A stretch of DNA of 64,000 nt from Mobula hypostoma (lineage: Eukaryota), in contig NC_086097.1 in NCBI RefSeq assembly GCF_963921235.1, forward strand, positions 140,370,001 to 140,434,000, written 5' to 3'. Positions 49,010-62,390 of the stretch are shown here, one piece after another. The notes under the pieces are model-generated. The model was not told the origin of the DNA. It saw only the letters and a list, made by a program, of their open reading frames with translations, and did not search any database. Positions within the stretch are counted from its first letter, which is position 1. Each line of letters opens with the position of its first letter. Made by a program: the position numbers and the translations under genes.

Positions 49010-50140
49010 TTTGTTTAAAAAGGCAACTAAGTTTGTTAATGAGCGCAGAGCAGTGGATGTGTGTTAAATGCACTCCAGTAAGCCTTTTTGACAAAGTCCC
49101 ACCACGAGAGACTGATCCAAAGGGTTCATGCAAGCTGAATCAAAAATTGGCTTGGCAACAGGTGACAGAAGATGATGATGGAGGGCTATTTTTTATTGAA
49201 TGTCTGTGACTCATGTTCCACAGGGATTGTTGCTGGGACCCCTGCAGCTTATAATATACTTGAACAATTAGGATATGAATAGACGGCATGATCAACAAGT
49301 TTACAGATGACACTAAAATGGAGATATTGACAGTGTGGAGAGTAGCTTAGAATAAGGGTTGATATTGATGTGTTGGTGAAATGGGTTGAGAAATGACAGG
49401 TGGAATTCAATTCAGATAATTGTGAAGTGATGCACTTTTGGAGTACTAATAAAGATAGGGCATACACCATTAATAGTAGGATTCTAGGGAGTAGTGAGGG
49501 ATAGTAAGACCTTAGTGTGCAAGTCTAAAAGATCCTCGAATATGGGAGTAGAGATAGTATGTTTTAAAAAGGAAGATAGGATATGACTTTCATGAGTCAG
49601 GGCAACAAATATAAAAGCAGGGAGGTCCTGGTACAACTTTATAAATTACCAGTCAGACCTCAGCTGAAGAACAGTGGGCAACTCTGCTCACCACACAGTA
49701 GGAAAGATGTGATAAGTTTTAGAAAGTCTGCAGAGGAGATTCACCAAAATATTTCCTGGGAGGAGGTTATGAGCAGAGATTGGAGAAGTTAAATCTATTC
49801 TCCCTAGAACAGAGGAGGTTAAGAGGAGAGATTACTTAAGTATATAAAATTGTGATGACCATAGATAGGCTAGATTGTCGGAAACCTTTCGCCCATCAGT
49901 GGTGATTAAAACTGGAGACATAGATATGGAGTAAGAAGCAGGAGTTTTAGATGGGATTTGAGCATCCTTCTCATCAGAGTAGTGAGTACCCGGAATATAC
50001 CACTGGAGAAAGTTGAAGCTCACAACATTTAAGAGTGGCAACATGTACTATGGTTAATTGCTAAACGAAAGGATTAGTTCAGCTAAGTGCCCACTGGTGG
50101 TTGTGTTGGGCAGAATGGCCCTTTTCTATTCTATATGACG
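49010..50140 (+). mobile_element. Old CR1-type LINE fragment
   Basis: gcagtggatgt...tttgacaaagtccc, tttacagatgacactaaa (FTDDTK) and YKSREVLVQLYK. Confidence 0.8.
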
Positions 50141-50207
50141 CCAAGACTAAAAGATTCGTCAGTGTTACTCCACAAACTCTGGACTACAGTGATTAAAAAT
50201 GACAGAC

Positions 50208-50380
50208 CTCAAAATGTCGATCAATTAATTGAAAGTACTCTTGCAAAGGAATGGGCCCTGGAAAGGTGCACACAAAGTCCTTGTGTTCTTCATTGGAAAA
50301 GGTCTCTTCCAAACGCTGAATAAGTCCTTTAGTGATTAGCCACAGATCTTCAAACTGGTCACATTGAACTCTGTATCGAC
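50208..50380 (-). CDS. BBS9: BBS9/PTHB1 coding exon (173 nt, phase 1-0)
   Basis: tttctcag|GT CGA TAC AGA...TTT GAG|gtctgt translates SRYRVQCDQFEDLWLITKGLIQRLEETFSNEEHKDFVCTFPGPIPLQEYFQLIDRHFE, versus human QRYRIQSEQFEDLWLITNELILRLQEYFEKQGVKDFACSFSGSIPLQEYFELIDHHFE. It is not listed in the ORF track. Confidence 0.95.
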
Positions 50381-50399
50381 CTGAGAAATTAAAAACACA

Positions 50400-51020
50400 A
50401 GAGTCGTTGTGTCATACAGCAGTGAAATAGGCCATTCAGCTCAACTGGCCTAAAGATGCCCTATAAGCTAGTTCCATTTGCCTACATTTGGCTCATATGT
50501 ATCTAAATCTATCCTATTCACATACCTATCCAAATGTCTTTTAAATTTTGGTGTTATTGTACCTAACTCAACCACTTCCTCTGTCAGTTCATTCTGCATA
50601 TGTACTACCCTCTATGTGAAAAGGTTGCCCCTCAGGTTCCTTTTAAATCTCTCCCCTCCCATCTTAAAACCTATGTGTTCTAATTTTTGATGCCCCAACC
50701 ATGGGGGTGGGGGGGGGAAGGCTCTGTGCATTCACGTTATCTATGTCCATCATTGTTTTTTTACAGCTCTACAAGATCATCCCCATTTTCTGAACTCCAA
50801 GGATTGAAGTCCAAGCCTGTTTAACTTCTCCTTATAGTCCTGCCAAAGTTTTTTTGCATTTGGTCTATCTTAATGGCTTAAAGTGAACATATTACTTCAA
50901 GTGTACACCACATCTTGCACAACTACAACATGACATCCCACTTCCTAAACTCAAAGCCCTGAATGATGAAGGCCAGCATGCCAGTAGCCTTGTGTACCCT
51001 GTGTACCTGTCAGGCCACTA
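50400..51020 (-). mobile_element. Old CR1-type LINE 3' end
   Basis: Reverse complement of a CR1 ORF2 C-terminus and 3' UTR (gaatggcctatttcactgctgtatgac). Confidence 0.75.
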
Positions 51021-51815
51021 TCAGCAAATTTTCAGAAAATGGATGAAAATAAGCACATGGATAAAAGATAAATGGAGGGCTATGCGGGAAGAAAGGGTTA
51101 GATTGCTCTTAGAGTAGGTTAAAAGGTTGGCACAACATCATGGGCCAAAGGGCCTGTACGGCTTTATGTTCTATATTTCATATTCATGAATATTTAATAA
51201 TTAATTAGATAATGTCGTATAACATTTTTAACCTTTACCTACTTGCTTTTAAAGCAAAACCTTTACATATTTGCACCTTTTGCTTTTCCATCAAGTCCCA
51301 ATGTAACCTTGAGGAAATACACTTCATCTACTACAAAACATACTGCAGCCCTTGGGATCAAACATGAATTCAGCATTCTTAGACAACCAGCCATTTTTTT
51401 GTGTCAGGACTGGTCAGTTCTGATCCAAGGTTGCCCACCTGTAATAGTCTCTTGCCACATATGCTGACTGATCTGTTTTTTTTTTCCAGTATTCTATTTC
51501 ATTAGGTTTCTAGTTATATTCTGCCTCTCACAGAGCCAGTATATCCTTCTGTTTCATTTCCTCTGTCTAACTGTTCTTATTCATCCAATAACTAAATGGT
51601 ACGAAATGCTTTGTGACACTTGATCAATTTTTCTCTCGAGTCCATCAGAGCTCCTTTCCTTGTTATTTCCATCTATACCCCTCTCTGTGACAAAACCACA
51701 CTTATTTTAAGTCTGTACTCCACCCTTAGGCCACATACTCCAATCTCAACCTTGCCGAATTCACCCAGAGACAGCAAAAGTGCAAAATCGCTCAGTCAAT
51801 CCGAAAAAGGAATTA

Positions 51816-53349
51816 CAGGTGTCCCCCGCTTTTCGAACATTTGCTTTACGAAACCTCACTGTTACAAAAGACCTACATTAGTACCCTGTTTTCGCTTTCA
51901 GGAGGTGTTTTCACTGTTACGAAAAAAAAGCAGCGCACGGGGAAAATCAGCGCACGATAAAAGGCAGTGCACGCCCCGAGCAGCCGCTCTCCCCCGGATT
52001 CGGGACTGTATTCTCGCCGGCATTGCTTAAACACGTGCCTGTGAGCAGCCGTTTGCAAGACGAGTTCCAAGGTATTGGAAAAGCCTAAAGGAGCTCGTAA
52101 GGGTGTTACACTTAGCGTAAAACTAGACATAATTAAGTGTTTCGATCGTGGTGAACAAAGTAAGGACTAACTGAGTTTGGCTTGTGGAAGCTGACAAAGA
52201 TGATGTTGAAGAGGTTTTGGCATCCCATGACCAAGAACTGATAGATGAAGAGCTGATGCAATTGGAAGAGGAAAGGATAACAATTGAAACTGAATACAGT
52301 AGCGAATGGACCGAAAGTGAAGTTGTCCAGGAACTGAATGTGAATTAACTGCGTGAGATTTTCGCTGCAATGATAAAGTACGACTTTAATTTTGAAAGGG
52401 TACGCAGGTTTAGGGGATATTTGCAGGATGGTTTGAGTCCGTACAAAGAACTGTATGATAGAAAAATGCGTGAGGCTCAGCAGTCAAGCAAGCATCCGCA
52501 TCAGCCACAGCAGACGACGAACCTCGAGCTCCGACATCGAGGCAGGCAGTCATAGGAGAAGATGAGCTGCCTGCCCTAATGGAAACAGACGACGATATGA
52601 CACCCCAGTGTCCCACCACCCCGCGATTCGCGGAGAATGCAGTGGTAGCCAGGAGGCACACAGCACATCTTTAAGAAAAAAGCCAAAATAAACATGCTAA
52701 TTAATTAGGTGCCACCCGACAAGTAATTAATTAGCATGTTTATTTCGGCTTTTTTCTTACAGATGTGCTGGATGCCTCTCGGCTACCGCTATACCCCTGC
52801 ATGCTTTGCTTTTAGGTATCTGTCAGCGGCCCGGAGGGTGAGGACCACTACACCACTTCAGCCTGCGACGACTCAGTCTAACACACCATCATCAGTGTGC
52901 TCGGCGCTGAACCAATTCCGGTAAGTGATACTACACTGTACATACATTATTTCCACTTTATATAAGCTGTATATTTTAACGTGTTATTTGGTATGATTTG
53001 GCAGCTTCATAGCTTAAAGGTTACTGTAGACTGCTTGCGCCATGTTTTTGCCGACGGCGCTTGTGTGAGATTTTCGCTACGGAGAACAGTGCAGTAATGA
53101 TTGTGGAAAAGTATTTCTACTTTATATACGTTGTGTATTTATCATATCATTCCTGCTTTTACTATATGTTACTGTTACTTTAGGTTTTATGTGTTATTTG
53201 GCATGATTTGGGAGGTTATTTTTGGGTCTGCGAACGCTCACAAATTTTTCCCATATAAATAAATGGTAATTGCTTCTGTGCTTTACGACATTTCAGCTTA
53301 CGAGCCGTTTCATAGGAACGCTCTACCTTTGGATGGCGGGGGAAACCTG
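51816..53349 (+). mobile_element. Tigger/pogo-type internally deleted DNA transposon
   Basis: TA|CAGGTGTCCCCCGC...GCGGGGGAAACCTG|TA. A CENP-B-like N-terminal remnant KPKGARKGVTLSVKLDIIKCFDRGE lies at ~52081 and an acidic remnant DDVEEVLASHDQELIDEELMQLEEE at ~52200. Confidence 0.88.
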
Positions 53350-53459
53350 TATTGAATACTGAAAGGAATTTATTGATAGGGATTCAATAGAGCAGAAATG
53401 TAATTGCCATGCACCTACTCTTTTGATCCTTCCCACTTTCTACAAATCAAGGATGAAGA

Positions 53460-53675
53460 CCTTATACAGACCCCAGTTATGCTCATCTTTTGATACCAAA
53501 CCTACACTAGGACCACTCCCCAACTCCTTCTCCACTACATCAGTGACGGCATTGGTGCTGCTTCCTGCATGAGTGCACATCTCATCAATTTTTAATCACC
53601 TTTGCCATCAACTTCCACCCTGCATTCAAATTCATCTAGACCATCTCTAACACTTCCTTTTCTGGATCTTTCTGA
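53460..53675 (+). mobile_element. Penelope-like RT fragment
   Basis: Similar to 44530-44760 (cattggtgctgcttcctgca..., aacttccaccctgc). Confidence 0.7.
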
Positions 53676-54074
53676 GGAACATCATACTTTGTTTAGTGCA
53701 TGTGTGTTCATTACAGTACCAAGCTGTCATTCTAGTGGATATGGTCTACAAATTCTAAGACCATATCCCACCATTTATAATTATGTTGTATTTTGAGACC
53801 CATTCCCCCACTCGTTACGCTCGACCAGTTTATTTATTTCCCATAAACACATATCCAAGGGAGTTCTTACAACTTTGAACTTCACCTTCAGAATCCGGCT
53901 GCTAAGGTACAAATTCCAAGATGAAGGCACATATTAGGTCAGCTGAAGAAGCAGAGGCAAACTCAAGTGGGATTACACATAGAGGCTGAGACTAAGAACT
54001 GACCTTGCTGCAGTGTTTTTACTGCGGATATCCTACTATGGTGAAAAGACAGAAGTCCAAACATCTTCAGCATC

Positions 54075-56810
54075 TCAGAATCAGAATCAGGTTTATTATC
54101 ACTGACATGTGTTGTGAAATATGTTAACTTAGCAGCTGCAGTTCAATACAATATATAAAGTAGACTAAAGTAAAGGCATCTGTTAGTCTTGCAAGACCAT
54201 GGATCTGCACCTGGAAAGTCTTCACTCTCCAGGGCGCAGGCCTGACCAAGGTTGTATGGAAGACCAGCAGTTGTCCATGCAGCAAGTCTCCCCCCTCCAC
54301 GACACCAATGTTGTCCAAGGGAAGGGCATTAGGACCCATACAGCTTGGCACCAGTGTCGTCGCAGAGCAATGTGTGATTAAGTGCCTTGCTCGAGGACAC
54401 AACACATTCCCTTGGCTGCGGCTCGAACTCACGACCTTCAGGTAGCTAGTCCAATGCCTTAACCACTTGGCCACGTGCCCACACAATACAAAATAATATA
54501 GAAAAATAAATTACAGTATATGTATATTTAATAGATTAAAAATAGTGCAAAGCAGAAATATATTAAAAAAGTGAGGCAGTTCATGGAATCAATGTCATCT
54601 TGGAATCAGATGGCAGAGGGGAACGTGTGCCTTCAGGCTTCTGTACCTCCTACCTGATGGTAGCAATGAGAAAAGGGCATGCCCTGGGTGGTGAGGGTCC
54701 TTAATAATGGATGCTGCCTTTCTGAGACACCGCTCCTGGACACCATACTTCATAGGCTAGTACCCAAGATGATGCCAACTAAATTTACCACCTTCCGCAG
54801 CTTCTTTCGGTCCTGTGCAGTAACTCCTGCGCGCCCCCCCCCCATACCAGACAATGATGCAGCCTGTCAGAATACTCTCCACGTTACATTGATAGAAATT
54901 TTTGAGTGTTTTTGTTGGCATACCAAATCTCTTCAAGCTCCTAATGAAGTATAGTCACTGTCTTGACTTCTTTATAGTTGCACCAATACGTTGGGACCAG
55001 GTTATGTCCTCAGAGATCTTGACACCCAGGAACTTGAAACTGCTCACTCTCTCTACTGCTGATCCCTCGATGAGGATTGGTTCGTGTTACCTCGTCTTAT
55101 CCTTCCTGAAGTCCACAATCAACTCTTTCATCTTACTGACGTTGAGTGCAAGGTTGTTGCTGCGACACTACTCCACTCCTTTATGGCCTCACTCACTCCT
55201 TTATGGCTTCTCACCTCCATCTGAGATTCTACCAACAATGGTTGTATCATCAGCAAATTTATAGATGGTATTTGAACTACGCCTAACCACACAGTCATGG
55301 GTATAGAGAGAGTAGAGCGGTGGCGATAGGCAAATTGCAGTGGGTCCAGGTCCCTGCTGAGGTCAGTTTGGTCCCGACCAACCTCTCAAAGCATTTCATC
55401 ACTGTCATGTGAGTGCTACCGGGCAATAGTCATTAAGGCAGCTCACATTATTCTTCTTAAGCACTGGTATAATTGTTGCCTTTTTGAAGCAAATGGGAAC
55501 TACCGCCCGTAACAGTGAGAGGTTGAAAATGTCCTTGAATACTCCTGCCAGCACATTTTCAGAGTCTTACCAGGTATTCCATCAGGGCCTCCCACCTTGT
55601 GAGGGTTCACTCTCTTTAAATACAGCCTAACATCGGCCTCTGAGACAGAGATCGCAGGGTCATTGGGTACAGCAGGGATCTTCACAGCTGCAGTTATATT
55701 CTCCCTTTCAAAGCGGGCATTTAGTTCATCTGGTAGTGAAGCATCACTGCCATTCATACTATTGGGTTTTGCTTTGTAGAAAGCAATGTCTGGCAAACCC
55801 TGTCAGAGTTGTTGTGCATCCAATGTCTCCTCCAACCTGGTTTGAAATTGTCTCTTCACCCTTGAAATAGCCCTCTGCAAATCATACCTGGATACCTGGT
55901 TTTCTGGTACAGACCTGGGTCGCCACACTTGAATGCCACAGATCTAGCCTTCAGCAGACAATGCATCTCCTGGTTCATCCACTGCTTTTGGTTTGGCAAT
56001 GTACAGCAAGTCTTTGTAGGCACATGCTCATCCACACAGGTTTTAATGAAGTGGGTAACAATTGCAGCATACTCATCCAGATTGGAAGATGAATCTCTGA
56101 ATACAGTCCAGACCACTGACTCAAAGCAGTCCTGTAGGTGCTCCTGTGTTTCCCTTGTCCAAACCTGCTTGGCCCTCACTACTGGTGCTGCAGTCTTCAG
56201 TCTCTGCCTGTACTCAGGGAGTAGAAGTAGTACAGCTAGGCAATCAGACCTCCCGAAGGGAGGGTGTGGAATAGCATGGTAGGCATTCTTGATGGCGGTG
56301 TAACATGGTCCAGTGTGTTGTTTCCTCTGGTATTGCAAGTCATCTGTTGATGGTAATGGTTTAGTGATTTTTTTCAGACTGGCCTATTTAAAACCCCCAA
56401 AAACGATGGTGAAGGAGTTAGGGTACACTGTTTCATGCATGTTGATCCCATTGCTCAGAACATCTAAAGCCTGATTGACATTGGCCCGAGGTGAAATATA
56501 TACGCTACCAAAATGATCACGGTAATCTCCCATGGTAGGTAAAATGGACCACATTTAATTGTGAGATATTCCAGGTCTGGTGAGCAGAATTGGGACAGCA
56601 TTGATATATTTGTTATATATATCATTGATATATAAGAGGAGTTGAATATGAGGCATACTCCTCCACCTTCTGCTTTTGAGAGACTCTGTGGATCTATCCA
56701 TCGATCTGAATTACTGCATCCAGTACAGAAGGGGTTAACCAGGATTCTGTGAAACAAAGGACACACGTGATCCTAATGTCCTTCTGATTCAGCACCCTAG
56801 CTCTGAGACC
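54075..56810 (-). mobile_element. Rex1/Babar-type LINE (endonuclease plus RT remnants)
   Basis: ORFs 56464-56766 (GGGVC), 55856-56338 (HPPFGRSD...LQDCFE) and 55500-55796 (LKRVNPHK.GGPDGIPG), with a (gattct)n tail. Confidence 0.85.
54168..54482 (-). mobile_element. tRNA-derived SINE inserted in the LINE 3' UTR
   Basis: Head GGCACGTGGCCAAGTGGTTAAGGCATT...GAGTTCGAGCC is shared with 37459; the tail is (ttta)-like. Confidence 0.8.
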
Positions 56811-57489
56811 AGTCTCAGAATATTCCCAAGTGATACAAAATTATTTTGGGAAATTTAGATCCCAGTTTTAATGATGAAGACTTGGGGATAAAACTGATAG
56901 AGCAAGTTCCAACTCCCCTGCTCTTCAAAAAAATTTAGCCCACCAAAGAGCTGTGTTATAGCATTACATGTTGCAACATGAACTTCTGTTGTGGGTTTGA
57001 TCTCACTGCGTTTTCCCTTAGCATTAAGAATACTGCCCACAACCACAAATTAATCAGTATCTACCATACTTTCAGCCAGTGCACTCTCATCATGTCATCC
57101 TTGAATCTTTTATCAATCTCTTTAAAATCAATCATGTCTGATTCTTGAACTCCTACCTCATGCTAATTGAAAAGCTTTCTGTTGACCCTTTCTAAAGTTG
57201 ACATAGCTTTGAAAATTTTGTCAATCTCTTCTCTACCTTCCAGTTTCAAGGAGTACCCCAGATTCTTTAGACAGGAGTTATGAACACAAACTCAATTAAA
57301 ATCAAACAACTTTAAATTACTTTTTTAAAATCCCAAAACAAAATTCTCCTGTGCAGTCTCTCAATAGCTGCTTTATTTCTAATGTGCCCACTAAATACCA
57401 TTAAAAAAACGGAGTAAGTTAATCTCCTTAAAGTCCTCACACTGACAGTCCAAGTGTAACCGAATGAGAGCTTCACATGTTATTGAAGT

Positions 57490-58050
57490 AGCTTCTCCAT
57501 TGATTAGGGTCAACCATGGTAGTTGCATGCTAGCTGTCTACGCAAGCTAAGACAGTATGATATGGAGAGCAAGTTGTTGCCCATACAGCAAGCTCCCCCT
57601 CTCCGCACAACTGATTTGAATCCAAAGGAATGCAGTTTGGCACCAGTGGCATTGCAGGAGTTGCCAGACAGCATTTAACTCAACACAGGACTACTCCAGG
57701 GTCTTGATTTCCAGATTTTTCCCTCTGAGTTTACTCCAAAAGCCTTCCCCTTGAGTGGGCATAGCCACAAGGCAGTGAAGGTTTGACATCAGAGTATTTG
57801 TTCTCCAACCATGGCTGGTGAGTGCCAACTGCTCAAAGTGAATGGTTTTAAAGTGCTGGTAACCTGCCTTTGCCCCTTCTCCTGTCAGCAGAATTGGTTC
57901 CATTGGACTTGGTGATCAACCACATGTGAAGGCCAGAAGCTGGACTTGGCTGTCAGAGGCTATTTGAGAAGAACACCTTTGGAAGCACTTAATAGGTGTG
58001 GGAGCTTATCTCTGCTACTCCCCCTGGGCTATGACAACCTTAAAGAACCT
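57490..58050 (-). mobile_element. Probable RTE-related non-autonomous retroposon
   Basis: It shares motifs with the body of the SINE at 54168-54482 (ccat.cagcaag.ctccccct, cag.ttggcaccagtg) and is flanked by a repeated tgttattgaagt (57478-57489 / 58050-58061). Confidence 0.55.
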
Positions 58051-58276
58051 GTTATTGAAGTGATTCTAGATAATGGTAGTGAATTTAGATGAAAAAGTAA
58101 CTTGTTTAAGTGTCCAGCTGGTCACTGGATTTAATGTGGTCCCATCCACACAAATACAATGCCTATATCCAGTACATAGCTCTGCATGTTTACAATGAAA
58201 TGGACTGGCATGGATTAGAATGAAATGGTTTGAACATTGTGTGTAGGACATCTCTCAAAAATCAAGCAGTAAAGCT

Positions 58277-60330
58277 AGAACATAGAATAGCACAGCACAG
58301 TACAGGCCCTTCAGCCCACAATGTTGTGCTGACCCTTAAACCCTGCTTCCCATATAACCCCCCACCTTTAATTCCTCCATATACCTGTCTAGTATCTGTT
58401 ATCTGTCAAGTAGGGGGCCGTGCACAATTCTGATTTGATGGAGACAGATGTGAGAGCACGGAGGAACATCTGGAAAACTTCTGAAATGCCCGTTTTGCTG
58501 CCGCTGCTACTATGTGGTAAGCGGAATCTCCGGAGCCGAAGGCCCCGAAATCCTCGGCTTTGCGTGTTTCAGTGGCTGGGGAGAGGTCAAAGGCGCTCGG
58601 CAGAGGATGGCGCTCGGGAGGCTATATCGGAGAGGCTGGTTGGAAGCTCGAAGTTTTCGGACGGATGGACTCAGTGTCGGCTGTGGTCGGCTGCTTCCAA
58701 GGCATCAGCAAGTTGACGGTGCCTGGAGGTTTATGGCAGGGAGTCTCTCCCTTTTGCCGCCTGCTATCGGGGACTCGGGAGTCGATCGACTCGGGACTTT
58801 GAGACTTTTTTTTTTACTGTGCCCATGGTCTGTTCTTCATCAAATTATGGTATTGCTTTGCACTGCTGTAACTATATGTTATAATTATGTGGTTCTGTCA
58901 GTGTTAGTCTTTGGTCGGTCCTGTTTTCTGTGATATCACTCCGGAGAAACATTGTATCATTTCGTAATACATGTATGCATTTCTAAATGACAATAAAAGA
59001 GGACTGAGTGTTCTCATAATCTAATCTAATCTAGTAGTTTCTTAAATTTCACTAGTGTATCGGCCTCCACCACTGACTCAGGCAGTGCATTCCATGCACC
59101 AACCATTCTCTGAGTAAAAAACCTTCCTCTAATATCCTCCTTGAACTTCCCACCCCGTACCTTAAAGCCATGTCCTCTTGTATTGAGCAGTGGTGCCCTG
59201 GGGAAGAGGCGCTGGCTATCCACTCTATCTATTCCTCTTATTATCTTGTACACCTCTATCAGGTCTCCTCTCATCCTCTTTCTCTCCAAAGAGAAAAGCC
59301 CTAGCTCCCTTAATCTCTGATCATAATCCATACTCTCTAAACCAGGCAGCATCCTGGTAAATCTCCTCTGTACCCTTTCCAATGCTTCCACATCGTTCCT
59401 ATAGTGAGGCGACCAGAACTGGACACAGTACTTCACGTGTGGCCTAACCAAAATTTTATAGAGCTGCATCATTACCTCGCGACTCTTAAACTCTATCCCT
59501 CGACTTATGAAACTAACACCCCACAAGCTTTCTTAACTACCCTATCTACCTGTGAGGCAACTTTCAGGGATCTATAGACAAGTATCCCCAGATCCCTCAG
59601 CTACACCACACTACCAAGTATCCTGCCATTTACTTTGTACTCTGCCTTGGAGTTTGTCCTTCCAAAGTGTACCACCTCACACTTCTCCGGGTTGAACTCC
59701 ATCTGCCACCTCTCAGCCCACTTCTGCATCCTCTACACTATCCACAACACCACCAAACTTTGTGTCGTCTGAAAACTTGCCAACCCACCCTTCTACCCCC
59801 ACATCCAGGTCGTTAATAAAAATCACGAAAAGTAGAGGTCCCAGAACAGATCCTTGTGGGACACCACTAGTCACAACCCTCCAATCCAAATGTACTCCCT
59901 CCACCACAACCCTCTGCTTTCTGCAGGCAAGCCAATTCTGAATCCACCTGGCCAAACTTCCATGGATCCCATGCCTTCTGACTTTCTGAATAAGCCTACC
60001 ATGTGGAACCTTGTCAAATGCCTTATTAAAATCCATGTAGATCACATCCACTGCACTACCCTCATCTATATGCCTGGTCACCTCCTCAAAGAACTCTATC
60101 AGGCTTGTTATACACCATCTGCCCTTCACAAAGCCATACTGACTGTCCCTGATCAGACCATGATTCTCTAAATGCCCATAGATCCTATCTCTAAGAATCT
60201 TTTCCAACAGCTTTCCCACCACAGACGTAAGGCTCACTAGTCTACAATTACCCGGACTATCCCTACTACCTTTATTGAACAAGGGGACAACATTCGCCTC
60301 CCTCCAATCCCCGGTACCATTCCCGTGGAC
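58277..60330 (-). mobile_element. 5'-truncated CR1-type LINE (different subfamily from 17950/21724)
   Basis: ORFs 59713-60282 ([27 protein letters not shown]) and 59026-59526. The 3' UTR at 58277-58394 is separated by an insertion. Confidence 0.9.
58395..59029 (+). mobile_element. Non-coding retroposon (SINE-like) inserted in the CR1
   Basis: 7-bp TSD TCTAGTA at 58388-58394 and 59030-59036; the 3' end has aaatgacaataaa and a (taatc)n tail. Confidence 0.75.
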
Positions 60331-61382
60331 AGGTTTGGTGATAAGTGTTTATCAACGCATGTGAAGCACAAACTCGAATCTGTGGAGAACTTGACATTGT
60401 GTTCATGATTATATCCTTAGAGTTTAACTGGAATACATGCAGGAGACAGAGTTATCAATAAAGGAATTATGCCCTTGGCATCATTCTCATTCAAAAGAGA
60501 ATAATATAAAACTTACAACACAGGGAAAGGCAGAAGTCAACCATAAATTTTAGACTTTCAAGTTAAACTGGAAAAGAGTACATAAGTACACACAAGTTTT
60601 CTAGACTACTGGCACACTCAAATAAAATTTGATGCAGAGGAAGTATTTGGCACTTATTTTTTCTATACTTGTCACCAGGATGAAACAAATATTTCACCAC
60701 TAATTCTTGATTAGCATATTCAGTGTGAAAAACCTACTCCACATGCCACACACTTAACTGACTGGGAAGACTTACTTTTATCAACATTGTACTTCATTTC
60801 TGCTTGGAACAAGGACAGCTACAAAGTCAAAAAACATCAGTCTTACATAACAATAAGAAATCTGGTATGAGAACTAATAAGCTCAGTAAGCAAAACACTA
60901 TATTTCACACATCACTTCACCCAAACACAAGAATCAACAGTCTCCTTAAAGATATTCCTGGGCAGAAATGGGTCATCCATAACCTGCAATTCTTTCCTGA
61001 TTGCCAGAGGCACAAGGTCAGTAAATAACAGAAGATCTCAAAACCCACTTAGAATAAAAGGTTAAAGTGATACTTAAAGCATCAAAAATTGAAAGCAGAT
61101 ATTTTTCTCTCTATAAACAATGTATATCAAATTTTTTTAAAAAGTATTACAAAAGCACTTCTTAGGAGCTGATATTACCTTCCAAGCTTATTTATACAAT
61201 ATGATGCTGCATTCTCCTGTTAAAAGAGGCAAGGGACAGAGCACAAAATTGGAAGTAGATTTAAAAGAATAATTATAATTCTTGAAATGAGATATGTGCC
61301 CTTATTGCATGCTGTACACTAGAAGTAGTTGTAGTTGGTTAATTTGAAGGCAGTTAATGGGATAATCAAAGATCATACTCAC

Positions 61383-61478
61383 TTGATGTCTTTGAGGCTA
61401 AAACTGTAATCGTTGACCCTGAGAGTAATTTAAATCCCAAAACATTTATCTGTTCATGATCTGACTCTCCAAGAAAAT
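61383..61478 (-). CDS. BBS9: BBS9/PTHB1 coding exon (96 nt, phase 1-1)
   Basis: aaacag|AT TTT CTT GGA...ACA TCA A|gtgagt translates DFLGESDHEQINVLGFKLLSGSTITVLASKTS, versus human GFASQSDDDQVNVMGFHFLGGARITVLASKTS. It is in phase with both neighbouring exons. Confidence 0.95.
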
Positions 61479-62249
61479 CTGTTTTTATAAACAAAAATGG
61501 AAAATGAACCGAAATGTGAGCATAACAAAGCAACAGCCACGCATACAGCTTTTGCCAGAAGTTCAACATAGAAATTGCTCAAACTGGACTTTGTGAATAC
61601 AATAAAATTACACATCTTTAATAAATAAATTAATTGACTAAAATATTTAAATATTTGAAAATAAAAATTGAACTTCAAAAGGCAAAAATATTTCATTACA
61701 GTTCACAAAGATCTTGTCTTGTGTTGTTATGTAGGGAAATAATTGTGGTGCCATTTACTGTATAAAAGCATAGCTAAAGAGTAGAAAAATTAATTCTGTA
61801 TTACATACACATGATAACAATTACATGTACTGAGCTTATTACAAGTTCCAAATAGAAGAGATCTACTGAGGTTCTGAGTCTCCATCTACCCATTAAGATC
61901 TTGAGTCCAGTTCTGCACTGATCTCATTAAACCCAGCATTAAAGTGCTGCAGCTGAGCTTAATATCTGGGTTAATTGTTGCCTAGTACCTTTTGCAAGGC
62001 AAGAACAAAATAATTTCCAGCTGCAACACTCAATAATCAGGCTCATAAATGAACCTATAAAGTGCCACTAAAAAGTGTCACGCTCTTCACCAGAAAAAGT
62101 AAGACAACTGAGAAAAATAAGATGAATAAATTGCATTACATAAATATTAATTTTATATGCAGCCACTATTGACGGTGCCTTGTTAATATTTGTTATTCTA
62201 TCGTAATTGGTAATGACATATACCAGCTTTACTGGTGTAAAGTGCTTAC

Positions 62250-62390
62250 CTGGAAAAAGAACTGCAATGTTTACTGGTGGCTTGTTTGTATCAATTGTAA
62301 TTTTATGAACAGCATTCTTACATGGTTGAACTGGTTGGCAAATTAATTTGAGAGGCAAACTAAATGTGCGCTGTACAATTCGAGGTACAC
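62250..62390 (-). CDS. BBS9: BBS9/PTHB1 coding exon (141 nt, phase 1-1)
   Basis: Minus strand reads ttgcag|GT GTA CCT CGA...TTT CCA G|gtaagc and translates (G)VPRIVQRTFSLPLKLICQPVQPCKNAVHKITIDTNKPPVNIAVLFP. This matches recalled human BBS9 GIPRVIQCKFRLPLKLICLPGQPSKTASHKITIDTNKSPVSLLSLFP. Confidence 0.95.
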
